DNA from: Candidatus Woesearchaeota archaeon
GTDB lineage: Archaea; Nanobdellota; Nanobdellia; Woesearchaeales; SKIA01
Length of the DNA: 24,000 bases
Reading direction: 5' to 3'
Assembly (NCBI GenBank): GCA_007116645.1
Contig: SKIA01000001.1
Coordinates: 9,896 to 33,895, forward strand
Below, in pieces: positions 16,336 through 24,000 of the stretch (the stretch's first letter is position 1; each line of letters opens with the position of its first letter). Both the position numbers and the translations under genes were made by a program. A model generated the notes under the pieces. That model made no database searches and was not told the origin of the DNA. It was given only the letters and a program-made list of their open reading frames with translations.

Positions 16336-16399
16336 CCGGATTCGAACCGGGGACCTTGCGGTTAACAGCCGCACGCTATAGCCACTAAGCCACGGGGAC
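16328..16399 (-). tRNA. tRNA-Asn (anticodon GTT)
   Basis: Minus strand: GTCCCCG-TG-GCT-TAGTGGCAT-AGC-G-TGCGG-CTGTTAA-CCGCA-AGGTC-CCCGG-TTCGAAT-CCGGG-CGGGGAC-G. All arms pair. Confidence 0.96.
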
Positions 16400-16424
16400 A
16401 ATAGTACGAAGAGTTGCTCGTGCG

Positions 16425-16433
16425 TTTAAATAG
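16425..16433 (-). promoter_or_regulatory. TATA-like element for tRNA-Asn
   Basis: Minus-strand 'ctatttaaa' 26-34 nt upstream of the tRNA 5' end (16399). Confidence 0.5.
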
Positions 16434-16501
16434 GTTTTGTGCGGAAGGAACAGAAATACAAGTTCACTTCATTTATATGCATCAAATTACTTCATTACTG
16501 T

Positions 16502-17536
16502 ATGGGGAAGACTTTTCGCTGGCTTCGAAACGCTGGAATAGGCGCAGTCATAGCGACAGCAGGGCTTGGAGCGAACGCGTGGACCACTCCACCCGAGCAG
16601 AGCGTACGTGCCCAAGTAAAGAACGTCACCCTCGCTCCCGTACATGCGTATTTATCCCATAATTTAGAACAACAGTGGAGTGAGCGAGCAGAAAACCTAC
16701 AAACTGACACCACGACGCGAAACCCTGCACGGATCATTCTTGAAGAACGCGTAAAACCACTCAGAGAGAGCACGCCCGAACGCATCAGTCTTGATACCTA
16801 CACACAAGAAATAGCAGCTGTGCTTGACGAAGTACAAGACAACATTAACTGGGAATATGTTGAGAGAAGATGGTTTAACGATACCACCAGCACATATAAG
16901 ACGCCGCAACGACAAGTATCACTCGCCCAAACACTCATCAATCAAGCAAACGCCAAAGACCTACTCGCGACGGGCTATGCAGAGCACATGCCACGCATCC
17001 CTGATAGGATTTACAAACACATCGGAGGAACGCGGCTCCAAAGCAGTCTCGGATCGGCGCTGTTTGAAGCAAAACTACGTATTGCAGGAAGAGAGTACAC
17101 TGAGCTTGTGCTCTCACGCCACGATAGACTCGTATCCTTTGGGCCGTGGCAGATCACAGAACTAGCAGTAAATGGCAGCAAGGATGCGCTAGGAGGAGCA
17201 AATCTTATGGGACTTGCTCTTCCTGACAGCCTCCGACTGCCCAGCAAGATAGAATATGTTTCAGGAAGTGATCACGCAAAAGCAGCTGCGCTCATGCATC
17301 TATACAACACAGTACGATTGGTACGTTCAACAACCGAGGAAGAATTCCAACAGCTCGAACGATACGCAACCCACCCACAAGTACAACTGGGCATCATGCT
17401 TGGACACCACGCGCCAAGACGCGCTGAAGAGTCCATAAGAGACTTTCTTAAAGAACCCCAGTATGACCTCAGACACCATGCTGACAGCTCGCTTCACAGA
17501 CACATAGACCGATTGGAAGCATACCGCCCACGATAA
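16502..17536 (+). CDS. Exported protein, possibly lysozyme/transglycosylase-like
   Basis: Track ORF opens at 16439; ATG 16502 gives 'MGKTFRWLRNAGIGAVIATAGLGANAW', a signal-like N-terminus. 'RLVSFGPWQITELAVNG...GGANLMGL' is reminiscent of the G-x-x-Q-[IM] motif of lysozyme-like folds, but this is weak. Confidence 0.6.
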   Translation: MGKTFRWLRNAGIGAVIATAGLGANAWTTPPEQSVRAQVKNVTLAPVHAYLSHNLEQQWSERAENLQTDTTTRNPARIILEERVKPLRESTPERISLDTYTQEIAAVLDEVQDNINWEYVERRWFNDTTSTYKTPQRQVSLAQTLINQANAKDLLATGYAEHMPRIPDRIYKHIGGTRLQSSLGSALFEAKLRIAGREYTELVLSRHDRLVSFGPWQITELAVNGSKDALGGANLMGLALPDSLRLPSKIEYVSGSDHAKAAALMHLYNTVRLVRSTTEEEFQQLERYATHPQVQLGIMLGHHAPRRAEESIRDFLKEPQYDLRHHADSSLHRHIDRLEAYRPR

Positions 17537-17567
17537 CACACATAAAGCGCGCAGTACTTCTTAGGAC

Positions 17568-18029
17568 ATGAACCAAAAGCTTTCATCCCTCACGCAACTC
17601 CTTGACGAAAAAGATATTTCTTATCGTGTCATAGACCTGGGAGGAGAAGCCGTTCGCACCCGCGACGTGCTCGATCGCGTAGATGTTGATCCAAAAGGAA
17701 TTGTAAAGACCATTATGTTTAAAGGAAAAAAGACAGGAGTGTTTTGTGTGTCTGTGCTCGGAAGTGATCGCGTCAGCTATCCTAAATTGCGAGCATTCCT
17801 TGACGATAAGATTTCAACGCTCAGGCCTGAAGAGATGAGAGAGCTCGGATGGGAACCCGGAGAGTGTTGTCCACTAAGCGTTCCCGGACCACTTTTTGTT
17901 GACGCAAGTGTTCTTTTGCGAGATGTCATCAATACCGGATCAGGTGACTTGCGATACGGCCTTGAGTATTCCGTGAGTGCTTTAAACGAGCTGCGAGATG
18001 ATATTACTGTTCTTGACGTTCGTGAGTAA
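17568..18029 (+). CDS. YbaK/EbsC (ProX-type) aminoacyl-tRNA deacylase-like protein
   Basis: 153 aa: 'DPKGIVKTIMFKGKKTGVFCVSVLGSDRVSYPKLR...STLRPEEMRELGWEPGECCPLSVPG...VFVDASVLLRDVINTGSG', the typical YbaK fold pattern. Confidence 0.88.
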   Translation: MNQKLSSLTQLLDEKDISYRVIDLGGEAVRTRDVLDRVDVDPKGIVKTIMFKGKKTGVFCVSVLGSDRVSYPKLRAFLDDKISTLRPEEMRELGWEPGECCPLSVPGPLFVDASVLLRDVINTGSGDLRYGLEYSVSALNELRDDITVLDVRE

Positions 18030-18071
18030 TACTTACATACCAAAGGAAATGTTTGTTTGATAATGCTTAAC

Positions 18072-18169
18072 GCGAGCTATTATTGGTTTTAGGCCATTCG
18101 ACCTAGATCCACTGCTCGCAATTCATTGTTTTTCTGGCCGTACGTGGTCTAGGTTTTGCTCGCTAGGAG
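18072..18169 (+). promoter_or_regulatory. Structured leader or ncRNA candidate with alternative pairings
   Basis: GCGAGC (18072-18077) is complementary to both GCTCGC 18114-18119 and GCTCGC 18158-18163. ACCTAGA-t-CCAC (18101-18112) pairs with GTGGTCTAGGT (18144-18154). SD-like AGGAG is at 18165-18169. Confidence 0.45.
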
Positions 18170-18179
18170 AACAAAAAAC

Positions 18180-18589
18180 ATGGAACACACAATACGGCGC
18201 ATTACGCCACAAGAAGCAAACGATGTCGCACGTCTTATAGAACTTGCAGTACGAGATGAACGAGTACGACAACGAAAAACACTTACAGAGCTGCAACACT
18301 GCAACGAATGACTGCACCCGTGCTCCACGGATACGCAAAAAGCACCGCAGGAGTGTACGTAGCAGAAACCGAAGCGGACAAAGTAGGCATAGGAGTCGTG
18401 CCTGTGCGAAGTGGCAACGGAATCATTTATGTCAAGCCAGAGCTCAGAAGAAGCGGCATCGGCACAGGACTGCTTGACGCAATCAATAATGCTCTTGAAC
18501 TGGCCGAAGAGCCTCTCATCCATCCAGACAGAGTCTTTGGACACGTAGTACCGTACGAGAGCAAGTTAGCATTAAGTGGTGGCTGGTAA
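18180..18589 (+). pseudogene. GNAT acetyltransferase, apparently split by a frameshift (or two overlapping ORFs)
   Basis: ORF1 18180-18311 (MEHTIRRITPQEANDVARLIELAVRDERVRQRKTLTELQHCNE*) looks like a GNAT N-terminus. ORF2 18308-18589 (93 aa) has 'VKPELRRSGIGTGLLDAINNAL', the GNAT acetyl-CoA-binding motif. They overlap as ATGA. Confidence 0.6.
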
Positions 18590-18590
18590 G

Positions 18591-19175
18591 TCAGAAGAGT
18601 TCGTGCTGGATAAGCCGAGTTGGATACGGAATGTTTCGCGAGAAGCTGCTCCAGTAGTCAGCAATCCGGCTCGCAAATCCTTGGGCAGTTCTGACAGTGC
18701 ACATTTCAGAAGGAAGCCCTGCGCGCAGTCTGTTGTTGTGGTTTCGGCGAGAAGACTGAAGCTTGATTGGGTCTTTCTCAAAACGAGTTAGAATATGATT
18801 TTCGAGCTCATACCGACAGATCGCTCTTCGTTGGCGACGAGTGTTTGAGGGATACGGGTTGAGTAAGTCCATCTCTTCACGATTACGCGGTTGTTCTCGC
18901 CAAGGCATGATTCGCCTTCTTCCAAGTGAATGAGCAATATTCATCACGTACTGCATGTCTTCTTGGAGCAAATCATGGTACTTGTGGCGTCTCATATGCA
19001 TGAAGTTTAGTCCATACAATACAGGAAGTAGTTCTTCGTTAATGTTGAGACAGTCCACTAGAGGGCTGACGGGAAAATTTCTTAACCCTTGGTAAATATC
19101 ACGTAAAACCTCTTTTTCCAATGAACTCAATAAGATATGCTCTGGACGTAGTATTGGACGAATTAGTGCAACCAT
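18591..19175 (-). CDS. Hypothetical protein
   Basis: 194-aa ORF convergent to the GNAT region, overlapping 19163..19792 by 13 nt; no motif recognised. Confidence 0.5.
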   Translation of the reverse strand: MVALIRPILRPEHILLSSLEKEVLRDIYQGLRNFPVSPLVDCLNINEELLPVLYGLNFMHMRRHKYHDLLQEDMQYVMNIAHSLGRRRIMPWREQPRNREEMDLLNPYPSNTRRQRRAICRYELENHILTRFEKDPIKLQSSRRNHNNRLRAGLPSEMCTVRTAQGFASRIADYWSSFSRNIPYPTRLIQHELF

Positions 19176-19792
19176 GGGAACGCGGCGATTGGCACGCGAG
19201 GAGTCGTTGGAGCGCTAGACTGCGGCGTACCAATTGACAGTGGTTGCAGTCGCACGGTTTGTGTGGATGGGCAGATTAGAATTATTTGTCCAGTTGATTC
19301 CAGCACCGAACAAGTGTTTGTTTGTTGCGGATTAGGTATTGTGATAGGTGTTACTTGGACAGGCGGTTGATACGGTGGGTAGTACGGAGGCGTATATGTT
19401 GGTGGGCGGTAGTGCGACACAGGTTCGTACCAGACGAGCCGGTGACGATTGTCTGAGCGTCTTGCACCAATGACATACTCTCGTCTTTCAACAAGTGGAA
19501 CATCATCATGCCATTGACCCCAACCGTCTCTGTATCGTGGAAATGTTAACACAACAGTGCTTGATGGATTGCCTCGGATACGGTCGCGAACGCGCAGAGT
19601 TACTTCTACACGCGGATCAGAGCCTCCAAGGCGCTGAATTCTCGTTACTTCTCCACGAAACACGATGTCTGCTCCGTCATAGTAGCCGTGATGATACGGT
19701 TGGTGAGGATGATACGAGCCATAGTGCCACGCCGAAGTCATTGGCAGAGCCAAGAACAAGGCTGCGATGAGGAGTGCTCCGAAGTATTTCAT
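19163..19792 (-). CDS. Putative exported protein with His/Tyr/Pro-rich N-terminus
   Basis: Track ORF opens at 19885; ATG 19792 gives 'MKYFGALLIAALFLALPMTSAWHYGSYHPHQPYHHGYYDG', a clear signal peptide. Confidence 0.7.
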   Translation of the reverse strand: MKYFGALLIAALFLALPMTSAWHYGSYHPHQPYHHGYYDGADIVFRGEVTRIQRLGGSDPRVEVTLRVRDRIRGNPSSTVVLTFPRYRDGWGQWHDDVPLVERREYVIGARRSDNRHRLVWYEPVSHYRPPTYTPPYYPPYQPPVQVTPITIPNPQQTNTCSVLESTGQIILICPSTQTVRLQPLSIGTPQSSAPTTPRVPIAAFPWLH

Positions 19793-19918
19793 GCTCTTTG
19801 GAAAGAAGAACGTATTTATATATTTACTGCTCAGTGACAATAGGTTATTTAAATTATTCTTCACTATAAAGTAACTACTAAACAAAACTTATTTAATCTC
19901 AATGCACTTACAGATAGC

Positions 19919-21079
19919 GTGACACGAGACACAAGTACAATGAAAGTAGGTGAAAAACCGGATGAAGCAACAAATATCCAGTTCTACCTACTCAATCAGC
20001 CTGATGCAAACATTGATACTAGGCCAGTCAGACGAATAAGTCATGGAGAAGTGTTTGACAGCATGTATGGAGGGCTTGAGGAAGTCATTAGGCACAATAA
20101 TTTCACCAAGCGCAAATTAGGAACTAGAATCGAAACACCGTACTGGAAAGAAGAGCGAGCAGAAGAAGAAGAATCCCTCATGCGCGAATGGTACGCAGGA
20201 GTACCAGAAATCGCTGCTAAAGTACCTGACAAGAACGGAGGCTCCCAAATAATGCGTGTACGTGTACGAGAAGACCTTGAATTCACTAACCATCCAAACC
20301 CTGAACGTAGAGGCTTAAGAATTCGACAACCCAACATCGTATTTCTCGAAGGCGATGACTCCACACTCATATTTAGAGAAGCAAGAACGTACCCTCCAAA
20401 CACAAGAAAGCAAATCGGAAAAAGCATGGGAAGAACCACTGACATGCACTGGCTTCACTCATTCGATAAGCCAGATGGAGGGGAAATCCGTCGAAACATT
20501 CTTGACCGACAATCAAGAAAACCACGGGCATATATACTCCCTGAACCGTTTCTACATGCAGCTCTTGAAGCAATATACAGCGAGTCAGACCTGCCCAGAA
20601 TAACCCCTCACGTCAGGTATGTGGGTGTAAACGAAGAGAGAAGTAGTCTCTTTTCAATCAGGCCCTTTCTCCATCCAGCAGCAGAAAATCCTGTAACAGA
20701 ACTAACCGTAGCACAATACATAGGAACACTCCAAGGATTAGGCATTCGAGCAAGCGAAGACAGGCAAAGAGCTCACTACTGTTGGCAACCAGCACTATCA
20801 GAAAGAGGGTCGCGAGTTCTGATTGACATAGACCCAGACCAATATTTCGCTCTACATAATAATCCTCAAGAAATGAACAGAGATAAAGAAGATTTCATCA
20901 GGAATATGGGCAACATAGCGCCAATGATCGCAAAGTCAGAAAGCGTTGAAACCGAAATTCAACGCGCTAAACAAAGAGCCACACCATACGCTGCACGACT
21001 TCTACACCACATTCCCTCAGACATCCAAGAAGTAGGTGCACAACTCATACAACAAACGTATCGAGAACAACTACTCTAA
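19919..21079 (+). CDS. Hypothetical protein (386 aa)
   Basis: Long ORF with no recognised motif. The exact start is uncertain; ATG 19940 ('MKVGEKPDEATN') is an alternative. Confidence 0.7.
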   Translation: MTRDTSTMKVGEKPDEATNIQFYLLNQPDANIDTRPVRRISHGEVFDSMYGGLEEVIRHNNFTKRKLGTRIETPYWKEERAEEEESLMREWYAGVPEIAAKVPDKNGGSQIMRVRVREDLEFTNHPNPERRGLRIRQPNIVFLEGDDSTLIFREARTYPPNTRKQIGKSMGRTTDMHWLHSFDKPDGGEIRRNILDRQSRKPRAYILPEPFLHAALEAIYSESDLPRITPHVRYVGVNEERSSLFSIRPFLHPAAENPVTELTVAQYIGTLQGLGIRASEDRQRAHYCWQPALSERGSRVLIDIDPDQYFALHNNPQEMNRDKEDFIRNMGNIAPMIAKSESVETEIQRAKQRATPYAARLLHHIPSDIQEVGAQLIQQTYREQLL

Positions 21080-22176
21080 TCAAGCCAGCTATCTGGATTC
21101 TTGAGCTTTTGCGGCAAGTAATCGCTGATAACAAAATTTAGGCCGTGCTTTGCAAGCGCTTGCTGTTCAGCACGAACACCCATCTTAAGCTGCTTTTTGA
21201 GCGCTTCTTGCCATCGCTTGTGGTGGGCAACGAACGGATCGTTTTTGAGACCGTCTTTTAGGCGCTTAATATCAACATCCTTGAGTGGGTGTGATGGCAA
21301 GTCATATTGTTCAATATCATCAGGTGTGATGCCAAGGTATTTGGCGTTTGGAACACAAAAGAACTCGTTGACGTGAGCAGCATTTCCAGAACCCACAGTA
21401 AGCGTACGATAAATGTTGAGCATTCCGTACGGATCGCCGTCACAAAACACGTAAACGGGCAACTTGTTTTGGTCCGATAAGAGACGAATAAAACGCCGTG
21501 TTGCACGAGAAGGAACACCCTTCATACTAATCAAGATGCAATCCTCTTTGTTGTAGAATTTATGTTTGACCAGACGTTGGAACATACCTGCGGTCTCTAT
21601 TGCAATAACGAATTTTGCTTTGGTCTCGAATTTTAGGTGCTCAACTTGTGACGGAATACTGTACGCGCCTGAACCGAATTTTTCACAGTCAATACGCAAT
21701 TCTTCGCCCGTGTCTGCATCTCTATCAATGATAATGAGTTTTCCTGCAACAGCACCGCCGTCTTCTTCAGGAATAAAACCGAGTTGTTCTCGTTGAAGAC
21801 GAAGCATTGCCTCAATGTCTTCCATGACCGAGTCTGACTCTGGTTGCTCGTCAAATTTTGCATCGCCCCAGTTTTTAGAAACGTAGTACGCTTCTCTTTT
21901 CGTCATGATATCATCAGTTTGAACTACCTTTTTCGCTTCGTTTAACAGCAAAACGGTTTGAGCAAACGTCTTGACAGAGGATGCATTCAGCTTTCGTTGT
22001 TTTTCTGAATCGCCAATCACAAAATGACCTTTTTTAGGGTCGTAATCAACGTTTGAAAGTGAGCGAACAGGCGTTTTGAGTACGGGAGCGCGAGCTTTGT
22101 GAGCAGATTCTTTAATGTGCAAAGCTACGCCTTGAATCTTCTTGATTATATCTTCATTCGTCATCTCTTGGCTCAT
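21076..22176 (-). CDS. top6A: DNA topoisomerase VI subunit A (Spo11 family)
   Basis: 366 aa: '[14 protein letters not shown]' (catalytic Tyr region), '[15 protein letters not shown]' (TOPRIM Glu) and '[21 protein letters not shown]' (TOPRIM DxD). Confidence 0.98.
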   Translation of the reverse strand: MSQEMTNEDIIKKIQGVALHIKESAHKARAPVLKTPVRSLSNVDYDPKKGHFVIGDSEKQRKLNASSVKTFAQTVLLLNEAKKVVQTDDIMTKREAYYVSKNWGDAKFDEQPESDSVMEDIEAMLRLQREQLGFIPEEDGGAVAGKLIIIDRDADTGEELRIDCEKFGSGAYSIPSQVEHLKFETKAKFVIAIETAGMFQRLVKHKFYNKEDCILISMKGVPSRATRRFIRLLSDQNKLPVYVFCDGDPYGMLNIYRTLTVGSGNAAHVNEFFCVPNAKYLGITPDDIEQYDLPSHPLKDVDIKRLKDGLKNDPFVAHHKRWQEALKKQLKMGVRAEQQALAKHGLNFVISDYLPQKLKNPDSWLD

Positions 22177-23818
22177 CGTCGTCCTCCCGTCCTATTTTTG
22201 CAAACTCTTCGTCATATTCAGTATTCTTTGTAGGGTCAAACTCTACGTTATCAAGCTTTCCACGGTGCTTTTCTAATAAGCCAATCAAGTTTCTTTCTAA
22301 GACTTCGTGGTCTGCACCGTCAAGATCAAGGATTTCTGTCACACCAGAGGCAAGGTGCGGAATGTATTTTTCAATGTACGAGCGCTTTTTGAGCTCTTGC
22401 TTGATTTTTTGTTTTTTCTTTGTGTACTTTTGCAGTTCACGACCAGCCTCTTGCACCGCAAGCTTCATCTCTTTGATGATGTCATCATAGTGCGCCATCG
22501 CTTCTTTTGCTTCTGACGTAAACGGAACCCACACAGACGCCATGTGCACCAGCACGACCGCTGGTCCACGAGGAAGATTGTTTCCTGATTGATCAAGACC
22601 GTAGGATTTCCAGTTTGTCTCAGCAACTGCTTTTGTAACCGCACACGCTCCTTGCTGGTAGAGAAGAGGAACTTTATTTGCAAAGCGCATCACATCAACT
22701 GAGCCATCGCCTTTAAGGTCTCCACCGTACGCAATCGCTGCTTCAATAACAAACGGGTTTCCGCGGTACACTGCAGGCTTTCTTGAGATGGCAGTGTAAA
22801 ATTCTGCGTTAATCTCTTTTTTGAGACCCTTAAGTAAAAGTTCTTCGCCCATAGGACTAATACACGTCGTGGGCGGAGCCATGATTTTTGTGTCACGGAT
22901 ACCGCGCATCATGTCTTCTGCTTGCTGGCGAGAAACCGCTTTGGGTTTCACCTTAGGCGATAGACGTGCTTTTTCTAGGATTTCGTTTGCTACACTGTTT
23001 GATACTCTACTAAACTCTTCTCGCAAAAACGCTAGAACAGTTTTTTCTTGGGTGTAGCCAAGCATCTTGATAAGCATACCAAGCTCGATACCGTACGGGT
23101 GCGGTTTGATCTCTTCTGGAGTGGGAGGGGCTACTTGTGATGCGCGAGGAAAAAAGTATTGTTCTCCGCGAGGATTAGCGTAGATAAGTTGTAAGTGCGG
23201 GTTAAGAATCGCGGTTTGTTTGAGGTATTCGTCAACGCTTTGCTTACCCTTTGCATAACTTGCTTCAAGGTCGATCTCAATTCTAGTTCCACGCTCTTTT
23301 GACCACTCTTTTTCTTCTTCTAAAACGATTTCTGCAGCGTTCTTTTTCGTATCAATTTTTAGCTCAAAATAATTAGCTGGCTTATTCGGTGCGGTCTTTG
23401 ACGTGACTTTTGCAGGACGGCCCGTCGTGAGTTGTCCGTACATGACAGACGCTGAGATACCAATACCTTGCTGACCGCGAGACTGTGCCATCTTAAAAAA
23501 CTTTGACCCGTACAAGAGTTTTGCGAAAATCTTAGGAATCTGTGCTTTGACAATACCTGGTCCGTTGTCTTCGACAATGATGCGAAACCGATCATTGCCC
23601 ATGTCGACAATCTCAACTTCAAGTTCAGGAAGGATGCCTGCTTCTTCGCATGCGTCAAGCGAGTTATCAACTGCTTCTTTGACAGTTGTAAGAAGTGCTT
23701 TTCGTTGATTATCAAATCCTAATAGGTGCCTGTTTTTCTCAAAAAACTCGGCAATACTAATTTCTCGTTGCTGTGTTGCGAGTTCCTCTGCTGTTGCCAC
23801 AAATACTTTGGAAGACAC
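22154..23818 (-). CDS. top6B: DNA topoisomerase VI subunit B
   Basis: 554 aa GHKL ATPase: '[24 protein letters not shown]', '[11 protein letters not shown]', '[26 protein letters not shown]'. Starts at GTG 23818; overlaps top6A by 23 nt. Confidence 0.98.
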   Translation of the reverse strand: MSSKVFVATAEELATQQREISIAEFFEKNRHLLGFDNQRKALLTTVKEAVDNSLDACEEAGILPELEVEIVDMGNDRFRIIVEDNGPGIVKAQIPKIFAKLLYGSKFFKMAQSRGQQGIGISASVMYGQLTTGRPAKVTSKTAPNKPANYFELKIDTKKNAAEIVLEEEKEWSKERGTRIEIDLEASYAKGKQSVDEYLKQTAILNPHLQLIYANPRGEQYFFPRASQVAPPTPEEIKPHPYGIELGMLIKMLGYTQEKTVLAFLREEFSRVSNSVANEILEKARLSPKVKPKAVSRQQAEDMMRGIRDTKIMAPPTTCISPMGEELLLKGLKKEINAEFYTAISRKPAVYRGNPFVIEAAIAYGGDLKGDGSVDVMRFANKVPLLYQQGACAVTKAVAETNWKSYGLDQSGNNLPRGPAVVLVHMASVWVPFTSEAKEAMAHYDDIIKEMKLAVQEAGRELQKYTKKKQKIKQELKKRSYIEKYIPHLASGVTEILDLDGADHEVLERNLIGLLEKHRGKLDNVEFDPTKNTEYDEEFAKIGREDDDEPRDDE

Positions 23819-23832
23819 GTGGTTTTTAAGCG

Positions 23833-23979
23833 TTACGTTACCAGAGGAGGAATCGACTGATACCAGTTATAGACGATCAAGAAAAAAACGATTACTCCAA
23901 GCACAATTAGGATAAAACCTACCTTTGCTTGTAGTGAAATATTTGAGAATCCATCCTTGAGCGTGTCCCACAGTTCCAT
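23833..23979 (-). CDS. Small single-pass membrane protein (48 aa), not in supplied track
   Basis: Hand translation: [48 protein letters not shown]. Ends 14 nt upstream of the top6B start. Confidence 0.55.
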   Translation of the reverse strand: MELWDTLKDGFSNISLQAKVGFILIVLGVIVFFLIVYNWYQSIPPLVT

Positions 23980-24000
23980 AACGATTAACGAATATTCAAT

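Noticed and set aside
16414-16662. 82-aa + ORF and neighbouring antisense ORFs (16495-16785, 16697-16915)
   Set aside because: Out-of-frame overlaps of the 16502..17536 exported protein gene.
18149-18544. 131-aa minus ORF
   Set aside because: Antisense to the GNAT region with Cys/Ser-rich, shadow-like composition; the sense strand has a recognisable GNAT motif.
22307-23715. ORFs overlapping top6B (22307-22516, 22821-23057, 23359-23715, etc.)
   Set aside because: Frameshifted or antisense shadows of a confidently identified gene.
1-24000. CRISPR array, transposon, toxin-antitoxin or phage cluster
   Set aside because: No regularly spaced repeats, transposase motifs or paired toxin gene seen. 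The AbrB-like gene is next to a surface protein rather than a recognisable toxin.

Overview
This window looks like an ordinary housekeeping segment of an archaeal chromosome. The diagnostic genes are an archaeal-type AspS, ABCE1/Rli1, archaeal TrmI and both topoisomerase VI subunits. A DPANN-like or other small-genome lineage is possible but is only inference. Supported content: a nucleotidyltransferase-fold protein, a metallo-beta-lactamase-fold hydrolase, AspS, ABCE1/Rli1, a DUF1461-like membrane protein, TrmI, a 707-aa surface protein with Ig/cadherin-like repeats, an AbrB/SpoVT-type regulator, three tRNAs (Arg-TCT, Cys-GCA, Asn-GTT), a NUDIX hydrolase, a DUF1761-like protein, MscL, MscS, an arrestin-fold protein, a LAGLIDADG endonuclease-like gene, a YbaK/ProX-type deacylase, a GNAT remnant or split gene, several orphans, and Top6A/Top6B. 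I found no CRISPR array, no transposon and no clear defence system. The best second-look items are: (1) a LAGLIDADG gene abutting the tRNA-Asn 3' end with a short direct repeat of the acceptor end; (2) an exact 17-bp repeat of the tRNA-Cys 3' end 71 bp downstream, with hairpins between the copies; (3) a switch-like set of mutually exclusive inverted repeats just upstream of a broken or split GNAT gene, possibly covering its Shine-Dalgarno; (4) a NUDIX gene whose ATG lies 2 nt after tRNA-Arg; (5) a 35-aa, three-CxxC microprotein upstream of tRNA-Cys; (6) two identical 13-bp palindromes exactly 40 bp apart upstream of an AbrB-like gene; and (7) two 48-aa ORFs missing from the supplied track.
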